The notes beneath the pieces were generated by a model, which searched no databases, was not told where the DNA came from, and saw nothing but the letters and a program-made list of their open reading frames with translations. Both the position numbers and the translations under genes were made by a program. A stretch of 62,608 bases of DNA, the filler included. It is 6 parts of 6 records of this genome, joined end to end, with 100 filler letters (N's around TTAATTAATTAA, not from the genome) between each part and the next. Parts side by side here need not be neighbours in the genome. Positions count along the whole stretch, not along the records: positions 45,429 to 57,431 come from SRR31147125_22716; positions 57,532 to 62,608 come from SRR31147125_22794; 4 more parts are not named here. One strand, given 5' to 3'. Positions 52,701-62,608 of the stretch are shown piece after piece. The stretch's first letter is position 1; the number at the start of each line of letters is the position of its first letter.

Positions 52701-53699
52701 TCATGGGGTCTCAACAGCATGGCAGGCAACCAGTTCATCACCAAATGAGACCCGCTTCGGCAGTTCTTTTTTACACACGTCCGACGCATATGGGCAGCGA
52801 GGATGAAACACGCAGCCGGATGGCGGGTTCATCGGGTTCGGAACCTCTCCGGCCATTGGCAAACGTTCCCGGTTGCTCATAGAAAGGTCGGGCAGGGTTT
52901 CAAGCAGCAGTTTCGTATACGGATGCCGGGGGGCTTGAAAAATGGTTATCGCGTCGGCAAGTTCACAGAGATGCCCCAAATACATGACGCCAACCCTGGT
53001 GGCGATGTGATGAACGACGGCCAGGTCATGGGTAATCAGCATATATGACAACCCCATCTTATTCTGGAGACGTTTCATGAGATTGAGAATCTGGGCCTGC
53101 ACGGACACATCAAGTGCCGATGTCGGTTCATCGCACACAACAAATTCGGGCCTTGTAGCGAGTGCCCGGGCAATTGCTATGCGCTGCCGCTGCCCTCCAG
53201 AGAACTCATGGGGATAATTGTACGCATCATTTTCACCGAGACCAACCTGCTTGAGCAGGGTGAACACCCGTTCCTGGATTTCCCTGCTGGTTTTCATGGT
53301 CCCGAACGATTTGATCGGTTCAGCGACAATGCTCATCACCCGCCAGCGGGGATTGAGACTGGCAAACGGATCCTGAAAGATCATCTGGGTTCGTCTGCGA
53401 TACTCATTAATGTCTGGTCGGGAAGACAACTGGGCAATGTCAACTCCGTCGAATTCAATGACCCCTGTGGTCGGCTTTTCAAGACCGACGAGCATCCGGG
53501 CAACCGTCGTTTTACCACAACCCGACTCACCTACGAGCGCAAACGTTTCACCCTGCCTGATATCGAAATCAATTCCCTGGACCGCCTTGACATACATGCG
53601 TTTCTTTCGCTCGATAATCCGGTTGAGCAGGGGTGGGGATACGTCAAAATGCCTGGTCAGATTTCTCGCTTTGATCAACGGAAGGTTACTCATTTTCAC
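52701..53699 (-). CDS. Peptide ABC transporter ATPase (DppF/OppF)
   Basis: GESGCGKT, FSGGQRQR, DEPTSALD, GCVFHPRCP. Confidence 0.95.
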   Translation of the reverse strand: MKMSNLPLIKARNLTRHFDVSPPLLNRIIERKKRMYVKAVQGIDFDIRQGETFALVGESGCGKTTVARMLVGLEKPTTGVIEFDGVDIAQLSSRPDINEYRRRTQMIFQDPFASLNPRWRVMSIVAEPIKSFGTMKTSREIQERVFTLLKQVGLGENDAYNYPHEFSGGQRQRIAIARALATRPEFVVCDEPTSALDVSVQAQILNLMKRLQNKMGLSYMLITHDLAVVHHIATRVGVMYLGHLCELADAITIFQAPRHPYTKLLLETLPDLSMSNRERLPMAGEVPNPMNPPSGCVFHPRCPYASDVCKKELPKRVSFGDELVACHAVETP

Positions 53700-54669
53700 C
53701 CTCCTTCATAGACACCAGCCAACAGGCAGCCTGGGATCGCCCGCTCTTGATCAGATACGGCCGCTCGATGCAGCATTTTTCCATTGCATGGGGACATCTC
53801 GGATGAAACGAGCACCCGTCGGGTATCTCATTTAACCGGGGCATCGCACCGTCTATCTGGGTAAGCCACTCGACCTCATGATCAAGCGACGGTATGGAAG
53901 CCATAAGACCGACTGTGTACGGGTGGTGGGGACGCCTGATGACATCCTCGACCGGTCCGATCTCGATAATTCGGCCGGCGTACATGACCGCAACCCTGTC
54001 CGCTGTTTCAGCGATAACCCCCATGTCATGGGTTATCAGCATGACAGCTGTCTGATGCTCGCGGCATAACCTTTTCAACAGTCCGATGATCTGTGCCTGA
54101 ATGGACACATCAAGGGCCGTTGTCGGCTCATCGGCAATGACGAGCCGTGGGTTCGCGCAGAGAGCCAGCGCAATGACCACCCGCTGTCTCATTCCGCCTG
54201 AAAACTGATGAGGATAGTGATCAATCCGCTCCCCGGCGGCCGGCAAACCGACCTCCTTAAGGAGATCAATAGCCTGCTTTTTCGCCTCTTCCCTGCTCAT
54301 AGGCTGGTGAGTCGTAATTGTTTCGACCAGTTGTCGACCAATTGTGTATAACGGATTAAGACTGGTCAACGGATCCTGGAATATCGCCCCGATTCGTTTG
54401 CCCCTTATTCGCCGCAGTTCCTCGTAGCTAAGGTTGTCGATACGCTCTCCCTCGAGTTCTATGGTGCCCTGCCCCACATAAAGCGGGGGCTCAAGTAGTC
54501 CGGTAATTGCTGCCCCGGTTAGAGATTTACCGGCTCCTGATTCACCGACGACGCCTAACACTTCCCCAGATCCGATGGAAATGTTCAGATCGTCAACAGC
54601 GGTAAGCAGCCCTTTCCGAGTGGGAAGCATGACCTTGAGGCCCTGCACATTAAGCAATTGTTCTGTCAT
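53686..54669 (-). CDS. Peptide ABC transporter ATPase (DppD/OppD)
   Basis: GESGAGKS, FSGGMRQR, DEPTTALD. Confidence 0.95.
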   Translation of the reverse strand: MTEQLLNVQGLKVMLPTRKGLLTAVDDLNISIGSGEVLGVVGESGAGKSLTGAAITGLLEPPLYVGQGTIELEGERIDNLSYEELRRIRGKRIGAIFQDPLTSLNPLYTIGRQLVETITTHQPMSREEAKKQAIDLLKEVGLPAAGERIDHYPHQFSGGMRQRVVIALALCANPRLVIADEPTTALDVSIQAQIIGLLKRLCREHQTAVMLITHDMGVIAETADRVAVMYAGRIIEIGPVEDVIRRPHHPYTVGLMASIPSLDHEVEWLTQIDGAMPRLNEIPDGCSFHPRCPHAMEKCCIERPYLIKSGRSQAACWLVSMKEGENE

Positions 54670-55592
54670 TAGCGCAATTTCGGATTGAACGCATCGCGCA
54701 TCCAATCCCCTAAAAGATTTACAGCGAGCACCAGCGTTGCAAGCGCAACACCAGGAAATACGGTTATCCACCACTCACCGGAAAACAGGTAATCGTTACC
54801 GATCCGTATCATTGTCCCCAGAGACGGCTCCGTCGGCGGAATACCGACCCCCAGAAACGACAATGTAGCCTCGAGAATAATTGCCAATGCAAGATTGATG
54901 GTCGTGATAACAAGAACCGGCCCCATGACGTTGGGCAGCACATGAAATGTCATAATTGCAGCCGGGTGCCTGCCCGCCACATGTGCGGCTTCCACATATG
55001 CCTTCTCCAGTTCGACGACAGTTGAAGCACGGACGGTTCGAGCATACTGCGGCCAGAATGAAACACCGATGGAGAAAATAACAACGTAGATCGCCATCGC
55101 CTCAGCTTCATAGACGTTCATGACGCCACGACTGATACCATCTACCATCAACGCCACGAGAATGGCCGGAAACGTAAGCTGAACCTCTGCAATTCTCATT
55201 ATCAGCGTATCTATCCTGCCACCGGAAAAGCCGCTGATGAGCCCAAGTGCCGTTCCGAGGATGCCCGAAAAGACGACGGCGGCAAATCCCACCCCCAGCG
55301 ACAGACGCGACCCCCAGATTATGGTGGACAGGATGCCTCTGCCCTGGTCGTCGGTGCCCAGCAGGAATCTCGAATCACCACCTTCCAACCATGCCGGGGG
55401 GTAAAACGCATCCATCAGTGACAGGCTGGTCAGATCATAAGAATCATGCGGCGCAATCCACGGAGCCAATAATGTCGCACCAATATAAGTAACAGTTACG
55501 ATTGCCGCGACAACCGTTACCGGGGACCGGATAAAGCTATAAAAAATATCAGAATCCGTGATCCGATAATATTGTTTAATTATGTAAGTCAA
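54669..55592 (-). CDS. Peptide ABC transporter permease (DppC/OppC); start uncertain
   Basis: LGTDDQGR, YVEAA EAA loop, LSFLGVG, GDWMRDAFNP. Confidence 0.92.
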   Translation of the reverse strand: MTYIIKQYYRITDSDIFYSFIRSPVTVVAAIVTVTYIGATLLAPWIAPHDSYDLTSLSLMDAFYPPAWLEGGDSRFLLGTDDQGRGILSTIIWGSRLSLGVGFAAVVFSGILGTALGLISGFSGGRIDTLIMRIAEVQLTFPAILVALMVDGISRGVMNVYEAEAMAIYVVIFSIGVSFWPQYARTVRASTVVELEKAYVEAAHVAGRHPAAIMTFHVLPNVMGPVLVITTINLALAIILEATLSFLGVGIPPTEPSLGTMIRIGNDYLFSGEWWITVFPGVALATLVLAVNLLGDWMRDAFNPKLR

Positions 55593-55650
55593 CGTATCAA
55601 GCCCTCGACAACTTTGTTCGTAAATCCTCTCTGCCCCGGTCTGCCGAAAA

Positions 55651-56631
55651 TTATGTCGCCAGATTTCCTTCCGTACGGAGGCGCGGGTCAACAACATAGT
55701 AGAGAAAATCGACGATGAGATTGATGACAACGAAAATCAGCGCTACCAGTACCAGATATGCGCCCATCACCGGCAAATCGACTCGCTGTACCGCCTGCAG
55801 AAACAGATACCCCATTCCCGGCCATTGAAACACCGTCTCAGTGATAATCGAATATGCAATGATTTGACCAAGTTGAAGTCCGGTAACGGTGATGACCGGA
55901 ACCAGAGTATTTTTCAGTGCATGGCCGAAATTGACCGTCCTGTTGGTCAGACCGCGCGCACGGGCGAACTTGATGTAGTCAGTTCTCAGAACCTCGAGCA
56001 TCTCGGAACGCACCAGGCGCATAATCAGGGTCATCTGGAACAATCCCAGTGTAATGGCCGGCAGGATCAACGAAAGCAGACCGCTTACGCTGAGAAAACC
56101 GGTGGACCAGAAACCGATGTGCCTGATCTCCCCTCTGCCCATTGACGGCAGCCAGCCAAGAATAACCGCAAACAGGTATATAAGCAGAATACCGACGAGA
56201 AACGGCGGCAGTGATATGCCAACGAGCGACACCGACTGAAAGACTTTGCTTAAAAAACCATCCTTGTGAAGGCCTGAATAAACCCCCATGAAAACGCCAA
56301 CAACCAATGCAAAGAGACCGGACACGAAGCTCAGCTCAAGGGTTGCCGGAGCCCGTTCGGCAATCAGGTCAATCACCGGGCGACGCTGCTCGTAGGAAAG
56401 ACCGAAATCTCCCATTGACGCATTCTTCACAAACCGCCCGAACTGGATAATTACAGGGTCGTTCAACCCCAGTGTTTCACGTAATTGCTCCCGCTCTTCA
56501 AAGGTGGTATCCCTACCGACCATGCTGACGACAGGATCACCGATATAGCGAAACAACACGAATGAGAGCAGCGCAACCATCAACATTACTACGATGGACT
56601 GCAGCAGTCTTCTGATAAAAAAAGCTATCAT
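55651..56631 (-). CDS. Peptide ABC transporter permease (DppB/OppB)
   Basis: GDFGLS, PATLEL, DYIKFARARGL, ETVFQWPGMG. Confidence 0.95.
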   Translation of the reverse strand: MIAFFIRRLLQSIVVMLMVALLSFVLFRYIGDPVVSMVGRDTTFEEREQLRETLGLNDPVIIQFGRFVKNASMGDFGLSYEQRRPVIDLIAERAPATLELSFVSGLFALVVGVFMGVYSGLHKDGFLSKVFQSVSLVGISLPPFLVGILLIYLFAVILGWLPSMGRGEIRHIGFWSTGFLSVSGLLSLILPAITLGLFQMTLIMRLVRSEMLEVLRTDYIKFARARGLTNRTVNFGHALKNTLVPVITVTGLQLGQIIAYSIITETVFQWPGMGYLFLQAVQRVDLPVMGAYLVLVALIFVVINLIVDFLYYVVDPRLRTEGNLAT

Positions 56632-56648
56632 CTGGCTGTGTTCTCCGG

Positions 56649-56678
56649 CCGGGGGGATCCGGATTGGATTCCCCCGGC
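56649..56678. terminator. Intercistronic GC-rich stem-loop after the substrate-binding protein gene
   Basis: GCCGGGGGGATCC / GGATTCCCCCGGC. Confidence 0.7.
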
Positions 56679-56701
56679 ATCAGAATAGAGGTGGCTGATA
56701 C

Positions 56702-57430
56702 TTATTTCTTGACGACCCAGCGCAGGCTGAGTGTATTGTCAGCTGATTGATGGAGCTCGACTTCATCGCTGGTACCCCAGCTCAAAGCCTGCTGATGCAG
56801 TGGGATGTGGCCAACATCTTCTTTATGGATGGTCATCATTTTATCGATGATTGCTTGACGCTTGGCAGGATCAATTTCAGATGTCATATCGACAAGAAGC
56901 TTGTCAATTTCCGGGTTTGAGTAGTTACCACAGTTCCAGTTACCCTGGCCCGGCAACGGATTATCGACAGTCTGGCTGTTGGTCATGACGTTGCTGTAGT
57001 ACGTGTTGTGCACGTCAAAGCTCATCGGTGCCCAGCCCAGCAAGTAAAAACTTGTATCCATCGACGCGATTTTAGCAAAATGCTTCGATCTCGTCTGAGC
57101 GTTCAGTTTACACTCGATGCCGACCTTGGTAAGCATCGCCGCAACAGCCTGGGAAATCGCTTCGTCATTTACGTAGCGATCGTTGGGGGTATCGAGAACG
57201 ATGGAAAAGCCGTCGGGATAACCCGCCTCAGCAAGCAGTTTTTTAGATGCTTCCGGATCGTACGGAAAACGCTCGTTGAGTTCCTCATTGAAGCCGTTGA
57301 TATTCGACCCGATCATCAAAGCCGTCGGCCAACTGGCGCCGCGCATGATCTTCTTCTTGATTGCCTCCATGTCGATCGCCTGATACATCGCCTTCCGAAC
57401 ACGTACATCCTGGAGCGGGTTTTTCCCCTT
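56702..57430 (-). CDS. Peptide ABC transporter substrate-binding protein (family 5), 5'-truncated
   Basis: NPLQDVRVRKAMYQAID, YDPEASKKLLAEAGYPDGF, PNDRYVND. Confidence 0.93.
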   Translation of the reverse strand, partial: KGKNPLQDVRVRKAMYQAIDMEAIKKKIMRGASWPTALMIGSNINGFNEELNERFPYDPEASKKLLAEAGYPDGFSIVLDTPNDRYVNDEAISQAVAAMLTKVGIECKLNAQTRSKHFAKIASMDTSFYLLGWAPMSFDVHNTYYSNVMTNSQTVDNPLPGQGNWNCGNYSNPEIDKLLVDMTSEIDPAKRQAIIDKMMTIHKEDVGHIPLHQQALSWGTSDEVELHQSADNTLSLRWVVKK

Positions 57431-57431
57431 T

Positions 57432-57531
57432 NNNNNNNNNNNNNNNNNNNNNNNNNNNNNNNNNNNNNNNNNNNNTTAATTAATTAANNNNNNNNNNNNN
57501 NNNNNNNNNNNNNNNNNNNNNNNNNNNNNNN
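57432..57531. other. Artificial contig linker
   Basis: N44-TTAATTAATTAA-N44. Confidence 0.99.
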
Positions 57532-59537
57532 ATAAAAGTCAAATCCTTCGATTTATTAATTTCAATAGATTTTTCTGGCTCATTAGCCGGTTTTTCAATT
57601 TTATCAATCTTTTTCTCTTCCTTGTATGCTGAATAGCCATTTACCTTAAAGTAGCCCACAATCCTTTTTAAATCATCTGCAAGCTCTTTCATGTTTTCAG
57701 AATTTAAAGCCAGTTCTTCACTCGAAGTAGCATTTCTCTGGCTAACTAAATTAAGTTGCTGTATAGATTGATTTATTTGTTCAGTGCCACTTGCTTGTTC
57801 CTGACTGGCACTATTAATTTCCTGTACTAACATGGCAGTCTTTTCTACTTCAGGTAGAATTTCATCTAATTTTTCCCCAGCTGTTCTAGACATCTTTAAG
57901 CTATCAACAGTTAAAGAAACTATTTCCTCGGCAGCAATTTTACTTTTTTCTGCTAATTTCCTGACCTCCGCTGCAACAACAGCAAATCCTTTTCCATATT
58001 CTCCAGCCCTGGCAGCCTCCACAGCCGCATTTAATGCCAGGATATTTGTTTGAAATGCAATATCGTTAATAACATTTATTTTATCAGATATTTGTTGGTT
58101 TCCTAAAAATGCACTTTTAGCATTATCAGTTATATTAATAATACCCTTTTTCGCATCCAATGCAATTTTCTCGGTCTGTTCAGAATTATCGCTGTTCTGG
58201 GAAACAACTCCCACAAATTCTTCCATTGTTGATGATATTTCTTCTATGGATGAAGCTTGTTCGCTTGCCCCCTCGCTTAACTGCTGCGATGATACACTTA
58301 CCTGGTTGCTGCCACTCACAATTTTCTCCGAATTTTCCCTAATGGATAAAACAATTTCTTTTAATTTATGCACCATTTCTTTCATTGACTGACCTGTTTG
58401 ACCCAACTCATCTTTACCATCAATATCAACAGAAACATTAAGGTTACCATCGGCAATTTCTTTTGACAGGCCAGCAACCTTAACCACGCCATCAATTACA
58501 GGTTTAAGCAATAAAGTAATTCCAGCAAATGTTATTACCAAGCTAACAGTTACACCAATAACAACAAGCATTAACAACCTTTTTAGACTGGCGTACATTT
58601 CATCTTCGTAGAGTGAAACACATATATAGCTTTCATAGGGTTCAAAATATTTAAAGAACTGTTGTTTCCATTTCCCATCACTGGTTTCAGGCCATAAATA
58701 CCGCGAATTGTACTCATTCTCTTTTGAATTGATAATTTGCTGAAAAAAATTAGCATCACTAACATTTTCTCCTTCCATAGTTGGATGGATGACGAACTCC
58801 CCAGATTTATTAACGATAAACGGATAACCTGATTTGAAATAGGTCTGACTGGAAAAAGCATCTTTCAAAAATGCATGATCGCTTTCTTTTACGCCAACAT
58901 ATAAAATCCCCTGTACTTTACCATCCATATAAACAGGCTCATATGCTGTTAAATACCAGTCGTTAACAACAAATGCACGGCCATAAAACGTTTCTCCTCT
59001 TTCGACCGTTTTAATTACCTCGGAACTATTTGGGATAAATGTACCCGTTGCCCTTTCCCCATCAAGCTTCATAACATTGGTAGATATTCTTAAATACCCA
59101 TCTTTAATCTTTTGAAAAATCGTTGCTGTCTCAACCGATTTTGACTTTATAAGATCCACAATTTCAGCATCCTTATAAATCGGTTTTTCATTAAGCAGCC
59201 ATTCATCAATAACATAATTATTTGTCTTCTTTGAAATTTGATTAGTTCCGGCAACGTTAATTTTATTTCCAGAAGTTGTTAAGTTTCCGGTAGAATAAAA
59301 AATACTATGCGCCAAACTCAAACTAATATTAACCATGTTTTGCCTGTACTTAACATGGTTATCAATTAATAGATGCAAATCTTCGAGATGAGTAAGCATA
59401 CGTTGATCTGTTTCATCAATAATTGTTTTTTTCTGTTCTTTGTAAATGGTTATTCCCAGACCAATGAAAACAGCAGATACCAATATTGCCATAACAACAT
59501 TGATCCTTGTTCTGATATTAATGTCGTTCAATTTCAT
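57532..59537 (-). CDS. Methyl-accepting chemotaxis protein with Cache sensor and HAMP (3'-truncated)
   Basis: [14 protein letters not shown]...GERATGT, YYG-type [49 protein letters not shown]. Confidence 0.95.
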
Positions 59538-59798
59538 AATTATGTGTTTATTATGTTAATTATAAATATATAATGTCTATCACTACCGATTAGACGTTTA
59601 ATCCATAATGTCTTCTTGATTGGGATAAAGGGTTGCTACAAAATAAACTGGGCTCTATTTACACAATAAATTGTTAATCAATAAATAATAAGGGAATTTG
59701 ATTATCGCTTAGTAATATTAGAACGCAAGTTTAATCTTATTATAAATATATAAAAAATTTGTGAAAGCAAAAATTTGAGATAAAATGCGACAAAAAAA

Positions 59799-60512
59799 TT
59801 ACAATCCCAAGAATAGAATAGCCGCCGCACTAAGGGATATAGCAGCCCCTGCAATGGCATGTGAATACTTCTCGAGAACATTCGTCTTAAATAAATTAAT
59901 CCCTTTAATAAGAAAAATTGTTGAAGCAATCATTGTTGCTATTGTGGCAATAGAAAAAATAAGGCTTACCAGTATAATACCCCCAGTAGAAAGTTTGGCT
60001 GCCGGATACATAAGTATCGGGATTAACGCTTCACATGGACCTAGAACAAATATTACGAACAATATCCATGGGGTTAATGTGGCACCTTTTTCATATTTAT
60101 GGAAATGATCGTGATTGCTTTCGTGCGTGTGAACATGTTCGTGAACAGTTCCATTATCGTGTGCATGCTTATGAGTATGCGGACGTTTCATGTAAATTCT
60201 CCACAGTCCCCAGACCAAATAACCGAGTCCAAAAACGAATAATGCCCATGCTGCAATATTCCCCCTAAAAGATTCCACGTTTTCCAGCTTACTTACACCT
60301 ACGCCCATTGCAATACCAAAGACACCAATTACAATGGAACTTAGCACATGTCCTAAACCACAAACAAATGTCATCCATATTGTTCTCCAGATACTCCAAT
60401 TCCTTGCTTTAGCCATAACTACAAAGGGTAGGTAGTGATCGGGGCCAAATATAGTATGCACAAATCCTACTGAAGCCGCTGTAAAACATAAAATCAATAA
60501 TGTATTTTCCAT
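59799..60512 (-). CDS. His-rich nickel/cobalt transporter (NiCoT/RcnA/UreH-like)
   Basis: VHTIFGPDHY, GLGHVLSS, HTHKHAHDNGTVHEHVHTH loop, LGPCEALIP. Confidence 0.8.
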   Translation of the reverse strand: MENTLLILCFTAASVGFVHTIFGPDHYLPFVVMAKARNWSIWRTIWMTFVCGLGHVLSSIVIGVFGIAMGVGVSKLENVESFRGNIAAWALFVFGLGYLVWGLWRIYMKRPHTHKHAHDNGTVHEHVHTHESNHDHFHKYEKGATLTPWILFVIFVLGPCEALIPILMYPAAKLSTGGIILVSLIFSIATIATMIASTIFLIKGINLFKTNVLEKYSHAIAGAAISLSAAAILFLGL

Positions 60513-60580
60513 AATACCAAGTTTAGTTAGTTTAGAAGCAGTAGTCCGCACATTTAATTCATGACAAAAACTACTAAATC

Positions 60581-61447
60581 TTAGAAATTCTTATATTCAA
60601 ATTGCACAGAAGATACCAACCTTCCCTGCCTATCGTGTTCTGTAATCCCTCTTTCAAGCCCTGCCCGTGTATAAACATTCGTTAAACGCTGCAAAACTAC
60701 CCGGGAAGGTGAATATTTTGTTTTCTCCGTATTGTTGCCGTTTACATCATATTTATAATTAAACTGATATGCAAGATTTCCTGTTGAAGAAAAAAAGTCT
60801 TCCCTATCAATTTCTCCTTTATCATTGTAAACAACATCAACCCTAAAAAATAATTTATTGCCTTGTTTAAAGACTTCTCTCTTAACAATGTCCCCTGTTT
60901 CCAAATCAGAATAATAATATACTCTTTTTGCAATTGGTTTATTGTTTGCTGAATACTCTGTTTCTGTTATTGTATTTAATTCTGAATTTGTTTCATACTC
61001 TGAACGTGAAACAAACGTATTACCAGCTTCAAAAAATGTTTCTTGAGAAAGAAATCCAGAGCTATTATAACTATAAATTGTCTTTTCGAGCACATTGCCA
61101 ATGTCTGAGTATAAAGTTAATTCAGATAAATTACCCCTGGAATCGTAGTTATATCGATAAATGGCTTCTACCTGGGTGTTATTTTTATAATACGCCCACT
61201 CCATAATCCTACCTTCTTTGTCGAAAGAGATAACTTCTGTGCGTTTTTTATTCATGGTCATAGCCTCGCCCATAAGTGAGTTTTCAAGTTTAATCTTTTG
61301 CCAGATATTATTTAATTTAACCTTATTTCTTTGTGCCTCTATTTTTATTTTATCAGCCCCACATTTGGGAACCTCTATCTGTGAGTAGCCAATAATAGAA
61401 TGCAACAGAATTCCAATTACGAACAAAAGATTCTTGAAAGACATCAT
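60581..61447 (-). CDS. Secreted protein with YD/RHS-like repeats
   Basis: Signal peptide; repeats FDKEG, YDSRG, YNSSG, YNDKG, YDVNG, YTRAG, mostly about 24 aa apart. Confidence 0.65.
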   Translation of the reverse strand: MMSFKNLLFVIGILLHSIIGYSQIEVPKCGADKIKIEAQRNKVKLNNIWQKIKLENSLMGEAMTMNKKRTEVISFDKEGRIMEWAYYKNNTQVEAIYRYNYDSRGNLSELTLYSDIGNVLEKTIYSYNSSGFLSQETFFEAGNTFVSRSEYETNSELNTITETEYSANNKPIAKRVYYYSDLETGDIVKREVFKQGNKLFFRVDVVYNDKGEIDREDFFSSTGNLAYQFNYKYDVNGNNTEKTKYSPSRVVLQRLTNVYTRAGLERGITEHDRQGRLVSSVQFEYKNF

Positions 61448-61458
61448 AATATTATAAA

Positions 61459-62607
61459 TTAGTTTAATATAAAGATATGATGCCTATCCCAATCATGCCA
61501 ATATTTTAATGCAAGTTTTCTTACATATGCCCAATATTTTTCTGAACCCAAACCAAATGTTTTAACTCCATAGCCGATATCTTTTTTAATTTGAGCCCAA
61601 TATTCAGGTTTCAACTCTGCATACACCTCTTGGTTCTTAAAACTAAAGGTAGCGGCTGGTTTGGGACTTATATTTTCTTCTACTTCAATTAATCCGTGAC
61701 CGATTGTTCCTCCAGTGCTTACCTGGAGCCCATCGTTAAGGCAACTGAAAGGAGGGGTTTTTCCTGCATAGGAATTTATGTGAACATCATCTACACCTAT
61801 CCGAAAATATTCCCTAATCCTAATACCCATTTTTGCTCCTATAACTGCATAAATTCCAAGATGACCATGAAGCTCATTTGTTATGGCACATGCACGCCAC
61901 TCTGAATAACCATGTTCCTGCATGGAAGAATCCATTATTTTTTGCACGTCTTCTGCAAATAAGTTTTTATTCTGCGGGAAATCTACAAAAACTTTATTTT
62001 CTTTTGAATAATCCTGCTCTAACGATTTACTAAAAAGTAACGAAATATCGTCAAAAGAATCATTCAATTTATACCTATTCGCATTTTTATTTATTATATG
62101 TTCTTTGGTAAAGTATGAATTATCTTTTAAGTAAATTGGAAGTAGTTCTTTTTCCAATAATAACTGTTTGCCATTATTTTCAAAGTTCTTTTGCATCCAG
62201 ACTAAATAAGGATTATATGGATTATTAATTTCGAAATTTTTTAATAAAACCTGGCCGTGCAATAAATCAAGCGGAATACTTTTTTTTGCTAAATTCTCAA
62301 GGTTATCTTTCTCAACTGATTTTAACTTAGCTTCATTTTTACAGACAACAACCTTCGAAAGCTTTACTGCATCTTCATTAAATTCTGTTAAATATGCAAT
62401 GTTTTTCAAACCATTTAATCCGAGATAGGTTATTGAATCAGGCTCATTTTCGAAAATTGCTTTAAAAACATTCGCTGCCTTTTCTTTACTTGACAAATCA
62501 TACACTGGAATTCCTTCATGAAAAAATCCCTTCAACAATTCAAAAATTGCTGTTTTACTTTCATTATCATTTACCAGTACAGCTAATACTTCAATTTCGT
62601 TATTCGC
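61459..62607 (-). CDS. FmdE-domain protein with N-terminal nucleoside-hydrolase-like region (5'-truncated)
   Basis: ELHGHLGIYAVIGAKMG and SCLNDGLQVSTGGTIGHG (FmdE H-x-H...C); N-terminal EIEVLAV..IPV..ITYLGLNGLKNIA resembles a degenerate nucleoside hydrolase. Confidence 0.7.
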   Translation of the reverse strand, partial: ANNEIEVLAVLVNDNESKTAIFELLKGFFHEGIPVYDLSSKEKAANVFKAIFENEPDSITYLGLNGLKNIAYLTEFNEDAVKLSKVVVCKNEAKLKSVEKDNLENLAKKSIPLDLLHGQVLLKNFEINNPYNPYLVWMQKNFENNGKQLLLEKELLPIYLKDNSYFTKEHIINKNANRYKLNDSFDDISLLFSKSLEQDYSKENKVFVDFPQNKNLFAEDVQKIMDSSMQEHGYSEWRACAITNELHGHLGIYAVIGAKMGIRIREYFRIGVDDVHINSYAGKTPPFSCLNDGLQVSTGGTIGHGLIEVEENISPKPAATFSFKNQEVYAELKPEYWAQIKKDIGYGVKTFGLGSEKYWAYVRKLALKYWHDWDRHHIFILN

Positions 62608-62608
62608 T

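Noticed and set aside
57532-59537. Functional link between the MCP and the flagellar cluster
   Set aside because: They lie on different contigs separated by artificial linkers
60581-61447. RHS polymorphic toxin
   Set aside because: Only 288 aa, with no RHS core DPxG motif, toxin tip or immunity gene

Overview
This window is not one locus. Five identical 100-bp spacers (N44-TTAATTAATTAA-N44, stops in all six frames) join six unrelated contigs that differ in base composition, so gene neighbourhood is meaningful only within a contig. (1) 1-16894: a sugar-modification and acylation island (epimerase, DegT aminotransferase, AsnB amidotransferase, two hexapeptide acyltransferases, deacetylase, ACP, ketoreductase, acyl-CoA ligase, GT2-TPR) directly upstream of fliC-fliS-fliD-flaG-flgN/fliT-like-flgM. 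The flagellin has a clear sigma28 promoter and a CsrA-type leader hairpin. (2) 16995-29922: small accessory genes, an IS3 remnant, an orphan triple palindromic operator, and a GH38 mannosidase/sugar isomerase/MtlD catabolic operon. (3) 30023-35751: HAD phosphatase, Hyi-like isomerase, iolA/mmsA, an orphan T9SS-type C-terminal domain and a Na+/solute symporter. (4) 35852-45328, very AT-rich and Fusobacteriota-like: polA-whiA-ribF-scpA-murJ-orphan N6-adenine MTase-FAD oxidoreductase, then TetR with its operators and a substrate-binding-domain/TolC fusion. (5) 45429-57431, GC-richer and Desulfobulbales-like: lysA, racemase, kdnB, a divergent RelA/SpoT-fold nucleotidyltransferase-like protein (the best novelty candidate), and a dpp/opp ABC operon whose cyclic amidohydrolase gene was largely lost at an IS3 remnant. 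(6) 57532-62608, Bacteroidota-like: MCP, His-rich Ni/Co transporter, YD-like repeat protein and an FmdE-domain fusion. At least 11 genes carry single-base frameshifts, mostly in homopolymers and including murJ and whiA; these are most likely sequencing errors. No rRNA, tRNA or CRISPR array was seen. Taxonomic labels and family assignments come from motif recognition by eye, not database searches.
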